The position numbers and the translations under genes were made by a program. DNA of 56,219 bases, counting the filler, from Platydemus manokwari (lineage: Eukaryota), in NCBI GenBank assembly GCA_037951405.1. It is 5 parts of 5 records of this genome, joined end to end, with 100 filler letters (N's around TTAATTAATTAA, not from the genome) between each part and the next. Parts side by side here need not be neighbours in the genome. Positions count along the whole stretch, not along the records: positions 24,308 to 33,335 come from JBBMOY011311761.1; positions 33,436 to 43,624 come from JBBMOY011159771.1; positions 43,725 to 56,219 come from JBBMOY010112233.1; 2 more parts are not named here. The stretch is one strand, 5' to 3'. Below are positions 30,101 through 43,725 of this stretch, piece by piece (position 1 is the first letter of the stretch; the number at the start of each line of letters is the position of its first letter). The notes under the pieces were generated by a model. That model did no database searches and was not told where the DNA came from. It worked only from the letters and a program-made list of their open reading frames with translations.

Positions 30101-32248
30101 AACAATATTTTAATAATTTATTGAATCAATAAGAAAGATCGATTTCGAAAATATCTTTGTTCTGAAACATTTCTCAAATTGTCTATTTTGACTATTATTA
30201 ATGACAACAGAATCTGTTAAATGTGCAATTATCTCGACAATCCAGAATAACTCAAACAATAGGTATGAAAATTGAATTATTTTTGTCTTCTTTTCATTTT
30301 CCAAAATTTTATTTGATCGATATTTGAAAAATGTCTTTAATAGCTATCGGTTTTGTGAATATCTCGTATAATTTCAGTTTTTATCCTTTACATTTTAATC
30401 AATAATCCAAAAACTTAATCTATTTGATGAAACTATATCAAAATTCTTGATCAAAAATAATATAAATGATAAGATTTCGAAATTTAAAATATACGAGAAA
30501 CAGTCAAAACTGTTTTATATAATTAGAAAATCATTGGGAAAAGTTCAACAAAAGATGTCGCCAAAGCAACAATAAGAAATAATATTCGGTAAATCAAAGA
30601 AAAGAATTCTTTTATATCATTTAATATCATTTTACAATATGTTTAGAGACAATGAATATATTTCTTCATCTACACAATAAATTTAGGTTTTCTCAGATAA
30701 AATCAAAGAAAAGTAGTTTGAAAATATTAGGCATTATTTAAGAGAAAATATCAGAAAATTATGCATAGCTTTGTCATAGCAATAGATGTAATAAATAAAA
30801 CTGACATCAAATGGATATAAAATAATTCTCATATATATTTTGTGTTTAAAATATGAGGACAAAAATAAAGTGTATTCTTAGAGAATAAGAAATTTCGAAT
30901 AAATCATAACGTCTGTCTAAGTAGACCCTGAAATTGTAGTTAAATACAAAACGAAAATCAATAAAGAAACGTTATGAGTTAGTATTGGTTAAAGGCTCTA
31001 AACTCATAATTAGTATTTAAATAAATAATCTCATATATTTTACTGCATTTGTGAATTCAAAATTCTCTTAGATATGTATAAAACATATGCACTGCACATG
31101 CTAATGAGATACAAGATATACACATGTTATGTTGGAAAATTTTGATGAATAACCGATTTTTCTACTAGAGTATCCACAACCAGTAGATAAACACAAACTA
31201 CTTTTTATATCAAACTTAAGAGTTTGCCAATAAATGATCGTGAAACTGAGTTCAGCGAAGTCGAAGAAATCTCTAAAAAATAAAAATCAATAAGATATTA
31301 TGTCATTACTGAAAAACTGAACTAACAAGTTGTTTCAAGAAGTATCAAATCAATTCATGATCCAAAAGAATTGTTAAATTTTACATTCAGTATTGATAAA
31401 TGGAGTTGTCACAAGGCTTTCTTCATTTTCTTTCATATTTATTTTTCTATCAATTCGTTACCAGTAAAATTCTATTTTCATTTCTTTTAAATGTGAATTT
31501 TTTCATTAAATATTTATTATTGATTGCCTTCAGTAAAACAGACAACCATAAATGCCTTAATTGATTTCCAATTTATAAAACAATCTTCTAACTTTCATAA
31601 AGTTTAATATAAATAACACAATTATTTTTAAAATTATTATTCCATTTCAATTTCATTTCAGGAAATAAAAATTTGTTAGATTATAATTATATTTACTTCA
31701 CTAGAACTTGACTAAATTTATAATTTTGAAATTTTCTGAATTCTAATTTTAAATTACAAAACAATCAAAATAGAATTTTAAACAAATGATGTCGCCAATT
31801 TAGAAAGAAGAAAACAAATTCGCTTTATCAAAGAAAATAATGTTTCTTATTTTATTTAATATGCTTTCAAAATATTCCAAGAGATAGAGATTCACATTTC
31901 CTTATAAAATACATTCAAAACATAAAACTAATATTGTTTAATTTTGTCAGAAAACAGCACACATTGATAAGCACTAGAAAACTTTATCTTTTAGTCTTAA
32001 GTAAAGAACAGAAGTTATACATGCCTTCGATAAAATAGTAGAATAAGTTAACATTGAAAGGAACATGATAATTCCCACAATCAATGCTTGTTCTGTTGTT
32101 ATAAATAATGATTAACAGAACATCAAATTTAAATTGATGTTTATTCTAATTTCATTGGCTAATATTTAAAATCCAATTCATCTTCTATATTATTAAGTGG
32201 TTAGAAAATTTTATTTCATTTTCAGTTTTCATTGAAATATTTTGAAAA

Positions 32249-33114
32249 ATGAGACAATTATTATTATACTGTCAATCGTGTCTTGTTAATTTATTGTGCT
32301 TATTATTGAATTTCAGCAATAGCAAAGGTAAATTGCTATTGTTTGTTTTAATTAATTCATATATATCAGTTATACTGCTTTCGAAAAAACAACCGACATT
32401 TGCTGCTAATGTCTACAGTGCACGTTTAACTCCCGACAAAGCCGTAGATGGAGATGTGAGTGGACAGATGAATCTTGGTAAGTATTGTCAATGTTTAGTA
32501 GTTTTGATTTCATTTTTAGGGAAGTGTTACCATAGCTATGACGAAAATTTCATAAAGTGGTGGATGGTTATTCTCAATAATGTTTCAATTATTACCAAGG
32601 TAACAATTTATAATAGATCGGACGGTAATGGTTGGTTTAATTATAATTCGATATATCTCTTATTTACACAACTTGAAGCTTATCGAATGGAGCAGCTATC
32701 GTTTTATGGAAGTTATGATGATAATTCAAATTTCTCAATGAACTCTACGACGTTTTACAAAATTGGATACTTCAGAGGTCCACCTAAGAGATTTCAAACA
32801 CGAATAGAAATTCCATTTAAAAGATTTGTATTAATATATAACATTTTCCTTTATATTATTATCGTTATCAGGCATCAAGAACATTCATCATTTCAAAACC
32901 TGTCAAAGAAGAAGCAATCAATATTTGTGAGGTTGAAGTATACGGATATAAGTTTGTCAAATTGAATTTAATGAATTGTAAATTCACTAAATCAATCATA
33001 ATAATTGATTATATTGTTTTAGATCGTTTAATTGGATCGTTTGAAGATTATGGAAATGTGACCCACTTTTCGGAAAAGCTAGTGTATTCCAATAGTACTA
33101 TGTTTAGAGATTGA
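32249..33114 (+). CDS. F-type lectin paralog, copy 2; PAN domain frameshifted and truncated (exons 32249-32327, 32370-32477, 32520-32630, 32679-32827, 32872-32977, 33023-33114)
   Basis: Same exon layout as copy 1, and the lectin motif (CYHS..NRSDGNAYR) is intact. An 11-nt deletion (gaatgtggaat) after aatagt gives TGA at 33112-33114. Homology with copy 1 ends at about 33133. Confidence 0.82.
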
Positions 33115-33133
33115 GAGATGCATATCATTTTCT

Positions 33134-33335
33134 TGAATTTGCTGTGTTTTGCCTTTCATATTGTTCTTTTCTCAGTTCGCATGATGTTATTAAATGTCCA
33201 ACTCTTTTACAGTATTCACATTGTAAATCTCTTGTATAATTATGTATTTGTGTCTTATTGTCATTGTTTGGAAAATTTTCTTTAAATTGATCCTTATTCT
33301 TGTCATATGGCACTATTCTTGTCTCACTCAAACTA
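33134..33335 (-). mobile_element. LTR-retrotransposon gag fragment (CCHC zinc knuckle)
   Basis: CEYCKRVGHLITSC fits CX2CX4HX4C. It abuts the point where lectin copy 2 homology ends. Confidence 0.7.
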
Positions 33336-33435
33336 NNNNNNNNNNNNNNNNNNNNNNNNNNNNNNNNNNNNNNNNNNNNTTAATTAATTAANNNNNNNNN
33401 NNNNNNNNNNNNNNNNNNNNNNNNNNNNNNNNNNN
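33336..33435. other. Artificial contig spacer
   Basis: N44-TTAATTAATTAA-N44. Confidence 0.97.
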
Positions 33436-35129
33436 CGGTCTGAGCTATATAAATAGTAAATATTTGTTAATTAATTAAAAATATTATGTTTTCAATTTTT
33501 AAATTTACTTTATCAAATTAAATTTAAAATAATTCGATTTAAATTTTAATCCTCACAATTATCAAATTACAATAAATTGTAATGCTGACAATTAAGAAAA
33601 GTATTTTACATTACACATACTCACCAAAACGTCTGAGATTGGGGTTAATATTCTACAAAAGGAGCAAAAACTTTATTAAACTATACTAATATAAATAGGG
33701 AGAATATGTGTATGAATATATACGTAATATATGATTTTATAAATGCCTTATCGTACTGTTCGATTTTCCAATAGAATACTAGGCATATTTGAAATTTTTA
33801 TTCCCGACATAGATTGGTTTTTCGTGTGCTAGAATTCAATCGTAGAGTGATTGTCACAAGAAATCGAATGCAGAAGCTCTATAGTATTTATTGGAAAAAA
33901 TTCTTCAAATTATTAAGTAGAACTTATATTTGGAAATATTTATCAAAATATTTTTTATCGTCAAAACAATCACTAGTAAAACTTATTCTAATTAAATTTA
34001 GACCCACGATTAGTTTCCACCCTTATGGTATTTTAAAATTATCTAAATTTCTACTTACCTGTTCTGAACATTTTTATAGACAAGTTGAGCTAAACGTTAA
34101 ACCAAACTGTTACATTGATCGTTTATTCTACAATTGCTCCTAGTAGTAAATTATACTGTGTATTTTGCCCTGTTTTAGTGCTAGACATCTTGCTACCTCG
34201 GGGTCAGAATGGATGTGAACTTCGGGCGGAGACAAGATCGATGACTGAACACGGAATTTCCTGTCAACAATTTCTGCTGACGCTAGTTAATTGACAGACG
34301 ATTTATTTGTATAAGGCCTTGTGTTTATGATTGTATAAGAAGACCCAATCATATAGCTAATCAAAGAAGTATCAAACGAAATATCAATAAATCTTTTTAA
34401 AACCAAAAAAAATATTTTACTGTATGAAGGAATTATCAAATTTGTATTTTAGTGAACTAAAAAAATATGTTTTATATATAATTAACATATTTTTATTTTT
34501 TACCGTCTTTTCAGGTATTCGTGATTTAATTATTAATTTTTATTCTATAAGACCGATTAATTAGCAACAACCTTTAATATTAATAGAGTCAGTCAAACAA
34601 AAGATTAATTAGAAAACGTTCAGATAACGCTTAATCTGTAAAAGAACACGTTATTATTAACTGAATGTTTTAGCTTAAATCTTCAGAAAATTTTACAATT
34701 TCTCGATATGCGTACCAACATAAAGTCTGATAGCGTCGCTTATAGTTATTCAAATGTTACCCGGGGATTGATAAACATTTCGGTTATAAGTCTGGCACAT
34801 TTCAAAAGTAATTTATTGATAAAGAGATTTATTAGTAAAATACAATGAAATAAATATTTTATTTACAGATAGTTAGTTTGAGTCCTTATTAAATTCTTAC
34901 TAAACCATAGAATGAAACATCGACAAGTGTGAATCAAAACCATATCTTAAATTTATTAAAGGTATATAAGTTCACGTTTATATTACATTTGTAGGGCATT
35001 AAAAATTATTTTCATTATTAAATAAGAACAATAAGTAGAAAAACAAACAATTTTTAGTTAATAATAAATATTTATGTTCATAATTATCGTATTATTTCCA
35101 ATTAAAATGGCTGACATAAATGCCAATTT

Positions 35130-35300
35130 AAAATGGAATATTTAAACAAACGACTTGCGAATTATCATGAGATTGATAATTTATTGCGCGGTTAATCATT
35201 TCGACACCTATAAAATATTTATACCACTTATCGTGTTTGATAAATTCTTAATTAATAAATTATCGTCATGGGATATAACCTCAGGGCAGTATTTGGATAA
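35130..35300 (+). mobile_element. Non-LTR (LINE) reverse transcriptase relic
   Basis: Collinear EYLNKRLANYHEIDNLL, FDT and PQGSI motifs, with frameshifts. Confidence 0.55.
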
Positions 35301-37813
35301 ATAAAAGCTCTTTCGATGATAAATTGTGGAAAAATCAATATGATCCTATGTATCATAAATTTGAAATAATTTATTCATAATTGGCCATGTAAACATTTAT
35401 CATGTGTTTCGTACGAAAATCAATAATACAAGTAGTTAATTCGTGTCTGCTTCAAATCAATATTGTTTAAAATCTGGAATTAATAAACGAAAAACAATCC
35501 AAATAATTTATCGGTTGTGAATATTTTTGTGAATATTAAATGCAGAAAATGGTTAGAAATTATTTAAGACATCCAAAAATAATCCAAAATTATTGTGAGA
35601 CCGGTTTGAAAGAATTACTTTTCATAAAATTTTTACTTTTTACCATTATTTGGTATTCTGGATTTTATGTACAGTTAATTGGAAATATTTTAAGTAAATC
35701 CAATATCAAGTTAAAATATAGAAAAAATCTGTTAAAAAATAACTACATTTTTTCAATATGTTTTCTCTAGTAGATTTTATTTTACTTCTAGAATATTAGT
35801 ATTTCAAAATTAATGTTATTGTTTTTACAATTAATGTGTACAAAAATACATGTGAAAAGATCGATATTAATGAGTAGTGTTTCTAATTGACTCCTATTAA
35901 AATCATTATTAAAACAACTTTCAGAATAATCCTTCTGAGTTCTACCGACAATTTAAACTTTGAAGCTTCCACATGTCGGGAAATCAGAAAACAATAAATT
36001 CAACATTAGAAAATGGAAAGCAGTCATTTGGAATTTAAACTAATAACCTCTTTAAATAAAAGTTCATTTAATAATTGTTTCTAATAATAATAATAATAAT
36101 AACGATAGCAAAAATACTTTATTTTGTTTTAACTTTGTTGTAAAATGCGAGTGATTGATCATTGCCTATCCTATCACAGCAGTCACAATTGACAATGCCA
36201 CAATTATTTCATTACTGAAGTCGCAGTTACACGTCAACCAATTATCATATACGGGAGAAGCCTTGATTTCACAATTTAATCAGTGCACAATAGAAGATCA
36301 TTCAGTGCAGAAGGGCAGAATATTTAATATGTCCAGTATCTTATTGGAAGACCATTCGTGTAAAATACTGATTCATATTATATATTATATCGTTTATTTC
36401 CTATCGTTTATATATATTGATATAAATAATTACTTCAATAAATATTAAATGAATGTAGGAATCTAATGATAAATTCCATATTTTTTAATAAAATTTTAAA
36501 ATAAATTCAAAATGATATTTTATTTTAAAATACTCTGTAATATAATACATGGGGAATTTGTTTAATGGATTCTATAAATTAACTGTTCATTAATAATTTT
36601 TGATTAATATCTTTAGAATTATTTTACGAACCTTCGAGTTTAATATAAAATATCATTTACTAAATCAATTTATTATTAAATTTTAATTTTTAATTAAAAA
36701 AATTATTATATGGAAAATTAATATTTTAAAATATTAGCAATTTTCTCACGATGTAAAAAGAGCATAAACGAATATCAAGTTTATCAAGTAAAAGCTGATT
36801 TAATGGGAATGAATTAATCGGAACAGAATGAACTGAAAGATAATTCAATGTTTTTTCACAACGTCTATTATTTCATTCTCTTCATTAATATTAATATTTT
36901 ACATCTATTTCCTTCAAGAAGTATTCCACGATAATAACCTTGCTTATCTCGATTATATCCATGCTCGTGACAACATGCTATATAAACAAATTAATTAAGA
37001 TAAGATAAAATGTTTCATTAAAACTAAATGATATTACAACAAATTTTAATAATAAATATCTAATCTAAATTATTACAAATTTTTTATAAATGATAAAATA
37101 TAATATAATAAATTATATTGTCATTTTATTTGATGTATTATTGATTTGATGCTTCTTGTGTGTCATTCATTTATAAGATTTTACTTCGGGAATTTATTTT
37201 ACAAAATATAAATCATTTTGTCCAAAGCTTATCGTTTACCAACAATTTCAGGGACACTATTTGATGTATTTATCTGTTGATTACAACATAAGTAATAATT
37301 AACAACAATGTGCTACTTATTAATCATAAGTAATTCAACAGATATTTAAAAGGCCTATTAGATGAGACCAAAATTTCCACCAGCCTTCGCATACGAGATT
37401 CAATTTAAAATTAAATAAAATCTATAAGAAATTTGACTATGCCAATGATAACGGATTAATTATTCAATGTGTTGAAGTGGAAAATCAATCAATACCATCG
37501 GAGACATACAAAAAAATTATCGAGACTCCATTATTGAACAGAACAAAACAATTATTTAAATATCAATGAAATTGATTAGTCCTAATTTTTTGTTAAATTA
37601 CATATGTGAGAAAATCAAACATGCTTTGTGATCAATTTGTTTGTCTGTCTTGGAGTTTATTGTAGGAAGGTCGAGGATTTTATGTGAATATTATGAAAAT
37701 ATAATTCAATTGATAATGTTAGCAAAGTTGGAATAAAAATCTATGTTAATGCAAATGAATAACTTTATTATTATTAAAAATAATTGTTACTAAAATTATT
37801 ATAATTATATCAT

Positions 37814-38197
37814 CGTTGGGTCCTCAACAATCAATTCAACTCTGACTCCAAAGGATAAGGAGTTGTTTGACTCTCCATGTTTTTATTGTGGTTTTAATCA
37901 TTGGCACGAGTGGAATGGGTCAATTCCTACGTGTGTTTTATTGTGTGTCTATGCTCCTTTTCCCAAATGTGTTTTACCATGTAACTTCACTATGATTGGA
38001 TAATTGCTTTGCATGATTGTTGCGTAGGCTTGCAAGTGGTTAAACAGGGGTTTTAAGATGCAAATCCGTTTTTCGTTTTTGCATAATTCTATCTCATTCA
38101 ACATAATCATAATAATGAAGTCTATTTGAGTAACTCTGTTTATATACTAAGTATTCTGACTAGATATTCTTAAAATTAACTGTGAGGATTTTCAATA
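37814..38197 (+). repeat. Putative solo-LTR-like repeat
   Basis: The start (gttgggtc..tctgactccaaa) recurs at 52795. The end (tgtgaggattttcaata) recurs at 12193-12210 as tgtgaggaattttcaaca. Confidence 0.4.
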
Positions 38198-39399
38198 ATT
38201 TTTATAAATTAAAATAAACAATTAAAAATTCATTAACCAGATAATTTTTTCGAATATTATGTTTAAATACATTTCTCGACTTGACATTAAGAACTGGTAT
38301 TCCGTGCATATTTTATGAAAATTGTAGCAGTTAATATGATGACTAAGTACATATATGGATACGGGAAGATCAATGTCACTCAAGCACAGAAGATATAAAA
38401 TGGAATATCAAAAGAAGATTGAATGTATAGAGAAGAAAGAAGAGGAAGAAAATAGGATATCAAAGTAGAAAATTCAAAAACCATAGAATGTCAAATTAAA
38501 TTCAATCTGAATTAATATAGAATTTAATTTATATTGAATTAAGTTTTATATTTAATTTAATGTGGTATTGAATTTGATTTTAAATTGAATTTAATTTTAT
38601 ATTGAATTTAAATTTTTATTGAATTTAAATTTTTATTGAATTTAATTTGGTATTAAATTTTCTTTATTTGTTTAAATAATTGTCTTTAAAATAGAATTGA
38701 ATGTCGAGTCCTTTCAGTTAGTTTTCGATGCGCTTTTTTATAAAACAGTAGCGGCTTACAATTATTACAAACGTACTGAATTGATACTTAAAGATATAAC
38801 AATATTTTTCATAAACATATGGCCTATTTGAATTTAAATTCACATTGTATCCTAAAAATATTTATCGGAATATTTGTTTGATTCGTGCAACATAAACATA
38901 AGGTTTATTAATGGCTGATCTATGGATTAGCAGTAATCAGGCCGTAAATTAGTAATCTGGTAAACATGAGATCTGCCGAATTTGGTCATCACGTGTGATA
39001 AAATATTTAATAATTGGTTTTTGTTTACATTTTTTATTAATTTTTATATACCACGGAATTTTAATTATAGGATTCAATTAACAAATGAAAACAACAATCA
39101 TCCGTTGTTAAAAAGCTGATTAAGAAGTCAGGAAAGGCAAAACCTTACAATGAAATTATTCTATTTTGATTCTATAATATTGGCAATGAAATTTCAGAGA
39201 AAATTGATAGAGTTTTGGAGAATCGCTAGAATAGAAGTCGAATGAATTTGCAATAATTACATCACATATTATTTGCTGCACAACATCTTTTTTAGAGATA
39301 GATTGATAGAAAGATATTACTTTTTATTATTTAATAGGAATAAGCGATTGGCGGATTAGTTTAAATAATTATTTTATCTGAAAATGTCAATGGTGAATC

Positions 39400-42300
39400 T
39401 GGCGACCACACCGTACAAACCAATGCAATTATAAGGAATCGGTAAAAGAAACAGCTATTGGAGAGTTTGTCGAAACTGGCACAAGAAGCGCCCAATTTCA
39501 ATATTCGAAAATTCGATGGAAGAAATTCAAATGAGGCCACAAAGTGGATACGCGATAAAAAGGAGTGGCTATTAATTAATAGTCTCAACCTGATTAGTGC
39601 CTTTGATTTACTGCTTTCAAATGATGCAGGCATTTTGTGGAAAAATTTCAAATATGAAGACACCACGGAAGAGTCAGCTAATATGTTCACAATCAAAAAA
39701 TCTATAATGGATATGTTGAACTTGCAAATGCTCAACAATCTAAGAACGAACGGTTTGCCACCTTCGAAATAAGAGTTCACAGATTGGGTGAGGCGGTGAT
39801 GAATTCCGGATTGAAACAAGATTCCATAATGAAAGACATCATCAGCAAAAGTACACGATCGAATAGGTTAAAAGACGCTCTTATCATCTTAGTTTATAAA
39901 GAACTCCAAAATGTTACATTAGAATAAAACCATTAACATTCAATAATGCCAAACATCTGCAGATCAATCGATATGATTGTAATACATTCTAGATAAATAC
40001 ATTCCACATTTTATACTTTATAAGAAACAAATTTTGACCAAATATACTCCAAAATATTAATAATAATGAACAAATCATATACCTGTTGCATGAGATGGAT
40101 GCTCAATTATCCAATTAATTGCTGATATAAGAACATCTCTAGAGTACTTTTTGAAATATCGTAATTGAAGTTCGGTATCTGTGAGATTTGAAAGATCCTT
40201 TTCATTTAGATTCTCTTTGTCCTATCAAATTATAGAAATTTCGATATAAATTATCGCCATATAATCAAAGAAATTATTATCACATATCCAGAATACATAG
40301 ACAATCATTCAGTAACGATAATCATAATGTCTAATCTCATTATGAAAAAGTTTAACAATATTTGCTGTTTCCTGGTTCATGAGAATCGTCGGGTATATTT
40401 ATTGAATTAATTTTCGATATTGTACATTATATCATGCGTCCATTAGCAGATTGTTATTTTTGTGGGAAAGGATATTCTTTGGTCGATATTGGCTAAATTA
40501 TGACTCGTACTAGGTAGTGTCCTTTATCCCAAATTATTTAAATATTTAATCGTCGTTGATCGAATATATAAAACCAAATCAATTCATTTTTATTCCCAAT
40601 ATAATTTATAATTCAAAAAATTTGAATTTGATTATGATCGGTAATGAGATAAGAAAATTTTGATTTCCACCTTTGTACATTTCAGAAAATAAAATACATG
40701 TTGTTACGTACGATTAAGATCAGGCCAGTGGTAGCTGGTAGTTCACAAAAAAGTAGAGTTTTTGGGTCTGTGTTGAGGTGAAATCCAAATAATCCTCGTA
40801 GTATGATGGTAATAAAATTATTCAAATCAATAAACATAAAAATCCAATAAAACTAATTATCTCAAATCGTCAAAAATGCAGGTAAATAAAGTCGGTTTAA
40901 AACAAAAAAATAATCAATAATATTTTGCGGTATAAATAAAATGTTTATTCAAATCTTAAAACAAATTATGATATTCAATATTGTTTTAATATATCACAAC
41001 TATAATGATTAATTAATGATGAAAATAACGAAAATATTTGTCTACACTGACCAACAATCTAATCAATACAAAAACATAGAGCTAATAATAGAGATAATTA
41101 TTAATATCATAAAATATCAAGTATGACGCGCAACACCATTTTAAATATTTCAATAACTTTTCTCAATCAACGTGCTCTAGGGTCATAGTTTTTTTTCATT
41201 AAAAATTAATAATTTAATCAAAATTATAATTATTCCGCTCTGATTTCAATCGATAAAACAATTAGATATTTACAAAGAAACTCGAAGTTGTTGCGTTTAC
41301 AGAAAAACAAAAAGGGGTTTCTGGAAAATACAATTCAAGTATTTGAGATTAAGAAAGCAGAATAGGATGTTAGTTGTTGTACCAAGTAAGAGAAAAGAGA
41401 TGTATTTAAAAAATTTGAATTTTGATCATCATAAGAGAATGAATCAAAACATTAGATTTTAGATGAATGAATAATGTGTTTCCGTGTCCTACCACAGCGA
41501 TAAAGTTAAATGTTTTGATGAATGAAAGTCGGTATTCAATTTTTATGGATTGGCTTGTTGGTATAATACATTCATGGCACATAAATTATCAATTAATACA
41601 ATCATGCCTGTAGGTCTAAATATATCCTCGGGTTGTAAATTGAAAACCGATAATTTTAAATTCTACTAATGGTAAGTTTTAAAAAAATTAATTAATAAAA
41701 AGATAAATTCTGTTAGCGATAATTGTTTAAATTAACGAAAAAAGTTGAAGGAATCAATAATTGAAAAATTATTGATGAAATGTGATTGTAGGGAATGATT
41801 TTAATATGGTTTGAGTTCTGCTCATGAAACAAATTAATTAGCAGAAGACACTCTAATTCACCTGTTGTACCGGCTGGTTTGATAAATTTACTACAATCAT
41901 TACATATTAATAAAGAAATATCATTTGAAAAATCAATGAAGAACACATATTGCGAAACATTTCACATATTATTAAAGAACTTATATAAAATCGATTCAAG
42001 AAATCCCGAAATCATTAAAGCATGTCAGGATTTCAATATTATTCAACAAATCTAACAACTCCACACCACAAGGTATTAATAATTATTTAAAATCTCTTTC
42101 CTTTCCATAATCTGCCTGAATGTAGGCCAGTTAATTTATTTCTTCACATAACAAAAGATTCAAATTCAAATTGATGCACAGTGATTATAATTTATTTTTC
42201 TGTGTTGTTAAAATTATCACTTCATTCAAATGCCATTGAAATACTTTCGTAAATAAGAGATTAATTAAATTTCCATTAAGAACAATTGCTGTTATAGTTA

Positions 42301-42400
42301 TGGCATAAATAACAAGAGAGAAGAAGCTCGTTTAAAGTACAGACCATAAGTGCAACTAGCTTTGATTTAATGAACATATTGCCCACGATTTTAAGTTGGT
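39400..42400 (+). mobile_element. Degenerate Ty3/Gypsy LTR retrotransposon
   Basis: PBS-like TGGCGACCAC at 39400-39409 (complementary to a tRNA-Arg-type 3' end). Gag-like ORF at 39458-39772 (IRKFDG..ATKWI..LLSNDAGILW). Integrase-like relics RMLVVVPSKRKEMYL..HH (about 41364) and EIIKACQDFNI..TPQG (about 42008-42076). Confidence 0.6.
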
Positions 42401-43624
42401 CTTATATGTATAGATTTATTGTGTGGTGTGAAATGATCTTCGTTTATGATTTATACCGATCACTTATGGATTATAAGTAATCTTATTTCGATTTGCTTCA
42501 TAATTAATAGCTCTAGATTTCAGATTTGTGGAATTCTTGTTGACAGATATAATAAATAAATACATTAAACAACGTGAGATCAATTGTTTTCCGTCATGAT
42601 ATTTATTCATTGAAATCGTTTAGATTACAATTAAAAATCTAGGAATGTTAATCGATAAATTTTGTTGTTAAACTTTAGAAATGATTTGAAAAAAAAATCT
42701 TATCCAACGATCATGTTCCAATGTTTGAGATTCTTGATTTAATAACAGATATTTCGTTAATATCAAATTTAATCCAATTTTTATGAATAATCAATGGAAA
42801 AAAATAGCAAAAAATATGGTATTGCTAAGGAAATGTTATTGAATAGAAACAATATTTATCGAGGGATGGTCATTAAAATATTGCAAAAATTGAATAATAT
42901 GCAAGTGAGTTCGGATCCAACAATACACACATTATTAATTAGTTGATTCAAGTTTCGATCTAATATTGATGACTTCCAAATTGCTTTATTGGTGCACTAG
43001 TTATTGGAATTATCGGGCGTTCATTCAGGTACTCTCCCATAACCTTTATACCAATTATATTGCAATTGTTTTAATATTTGGATTAAACTTTATTTTTAAT
43101 AAAATATTTTGGAAAAACGCATATGATTGGATAAATTTCATTGAAAATTATACGCAAACCTTTTATGTTGAAATTTGACCATCAATAACTTATTCTGGTT
43201 AGAAAAAGCATCAACTCATATTACAGTCTTATCTGAAATTAAATTAAACGCATGTTTATGTTTCCGAAATCTAATAATTATTATATGTAACATAATGAAT
43301 ATTCAATAATACGACTATTCCCTCAAAATGATACTTGATAGTGTTGTCCGATCACCTAACCGCAATCCTTAAATGAGTAGTCAACGGAGTACCTCAGTTA
43401 TGTTATTTTCTACTGATTGGTACACAACAAATAAGGGAAAAAATAAGAAAAAAAAGGATTAAAATATTATTATTATGAATAAAGATAATATCGATTATCA
43501 AGCTTATAACCCTTCTAAAAACAGAGACACAGCAAGAATGATATTGTTACCAGCATCACTTTGAAGAGTTCAAGACGAAAATTCTCAATAACCTGATGTC
43601 TATACACACACATACATGTATATA

Positions 43625-43724
43625 NNNNNNNNNNNNNNNNNNNNNNNNNNNNNNNNNNNNNNNNNNNNTTAATTAATTAANNNNNNNNNNNNNNNNNNNN
43701 NNNNNNNNNNNNNNNNNNNNNNNN
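43625..43724. other. Artificial contig spacer
   Basis: N44-TTAATTAATTAA-N44. Confidence 0.97.
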
Positions 43725-43725
43725 T

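Noticed and set aside
32249-32965. 238-aa ORF as a single-exon protein
   Set aside because: It reads through introns defined by comparison with copy 1 and ends out of frame.
36155-36448. 97-aa ORF as an exon
   Set aside because: It is slightly GC-rich with a possible donor, but has no recognisable motif or partner exons.
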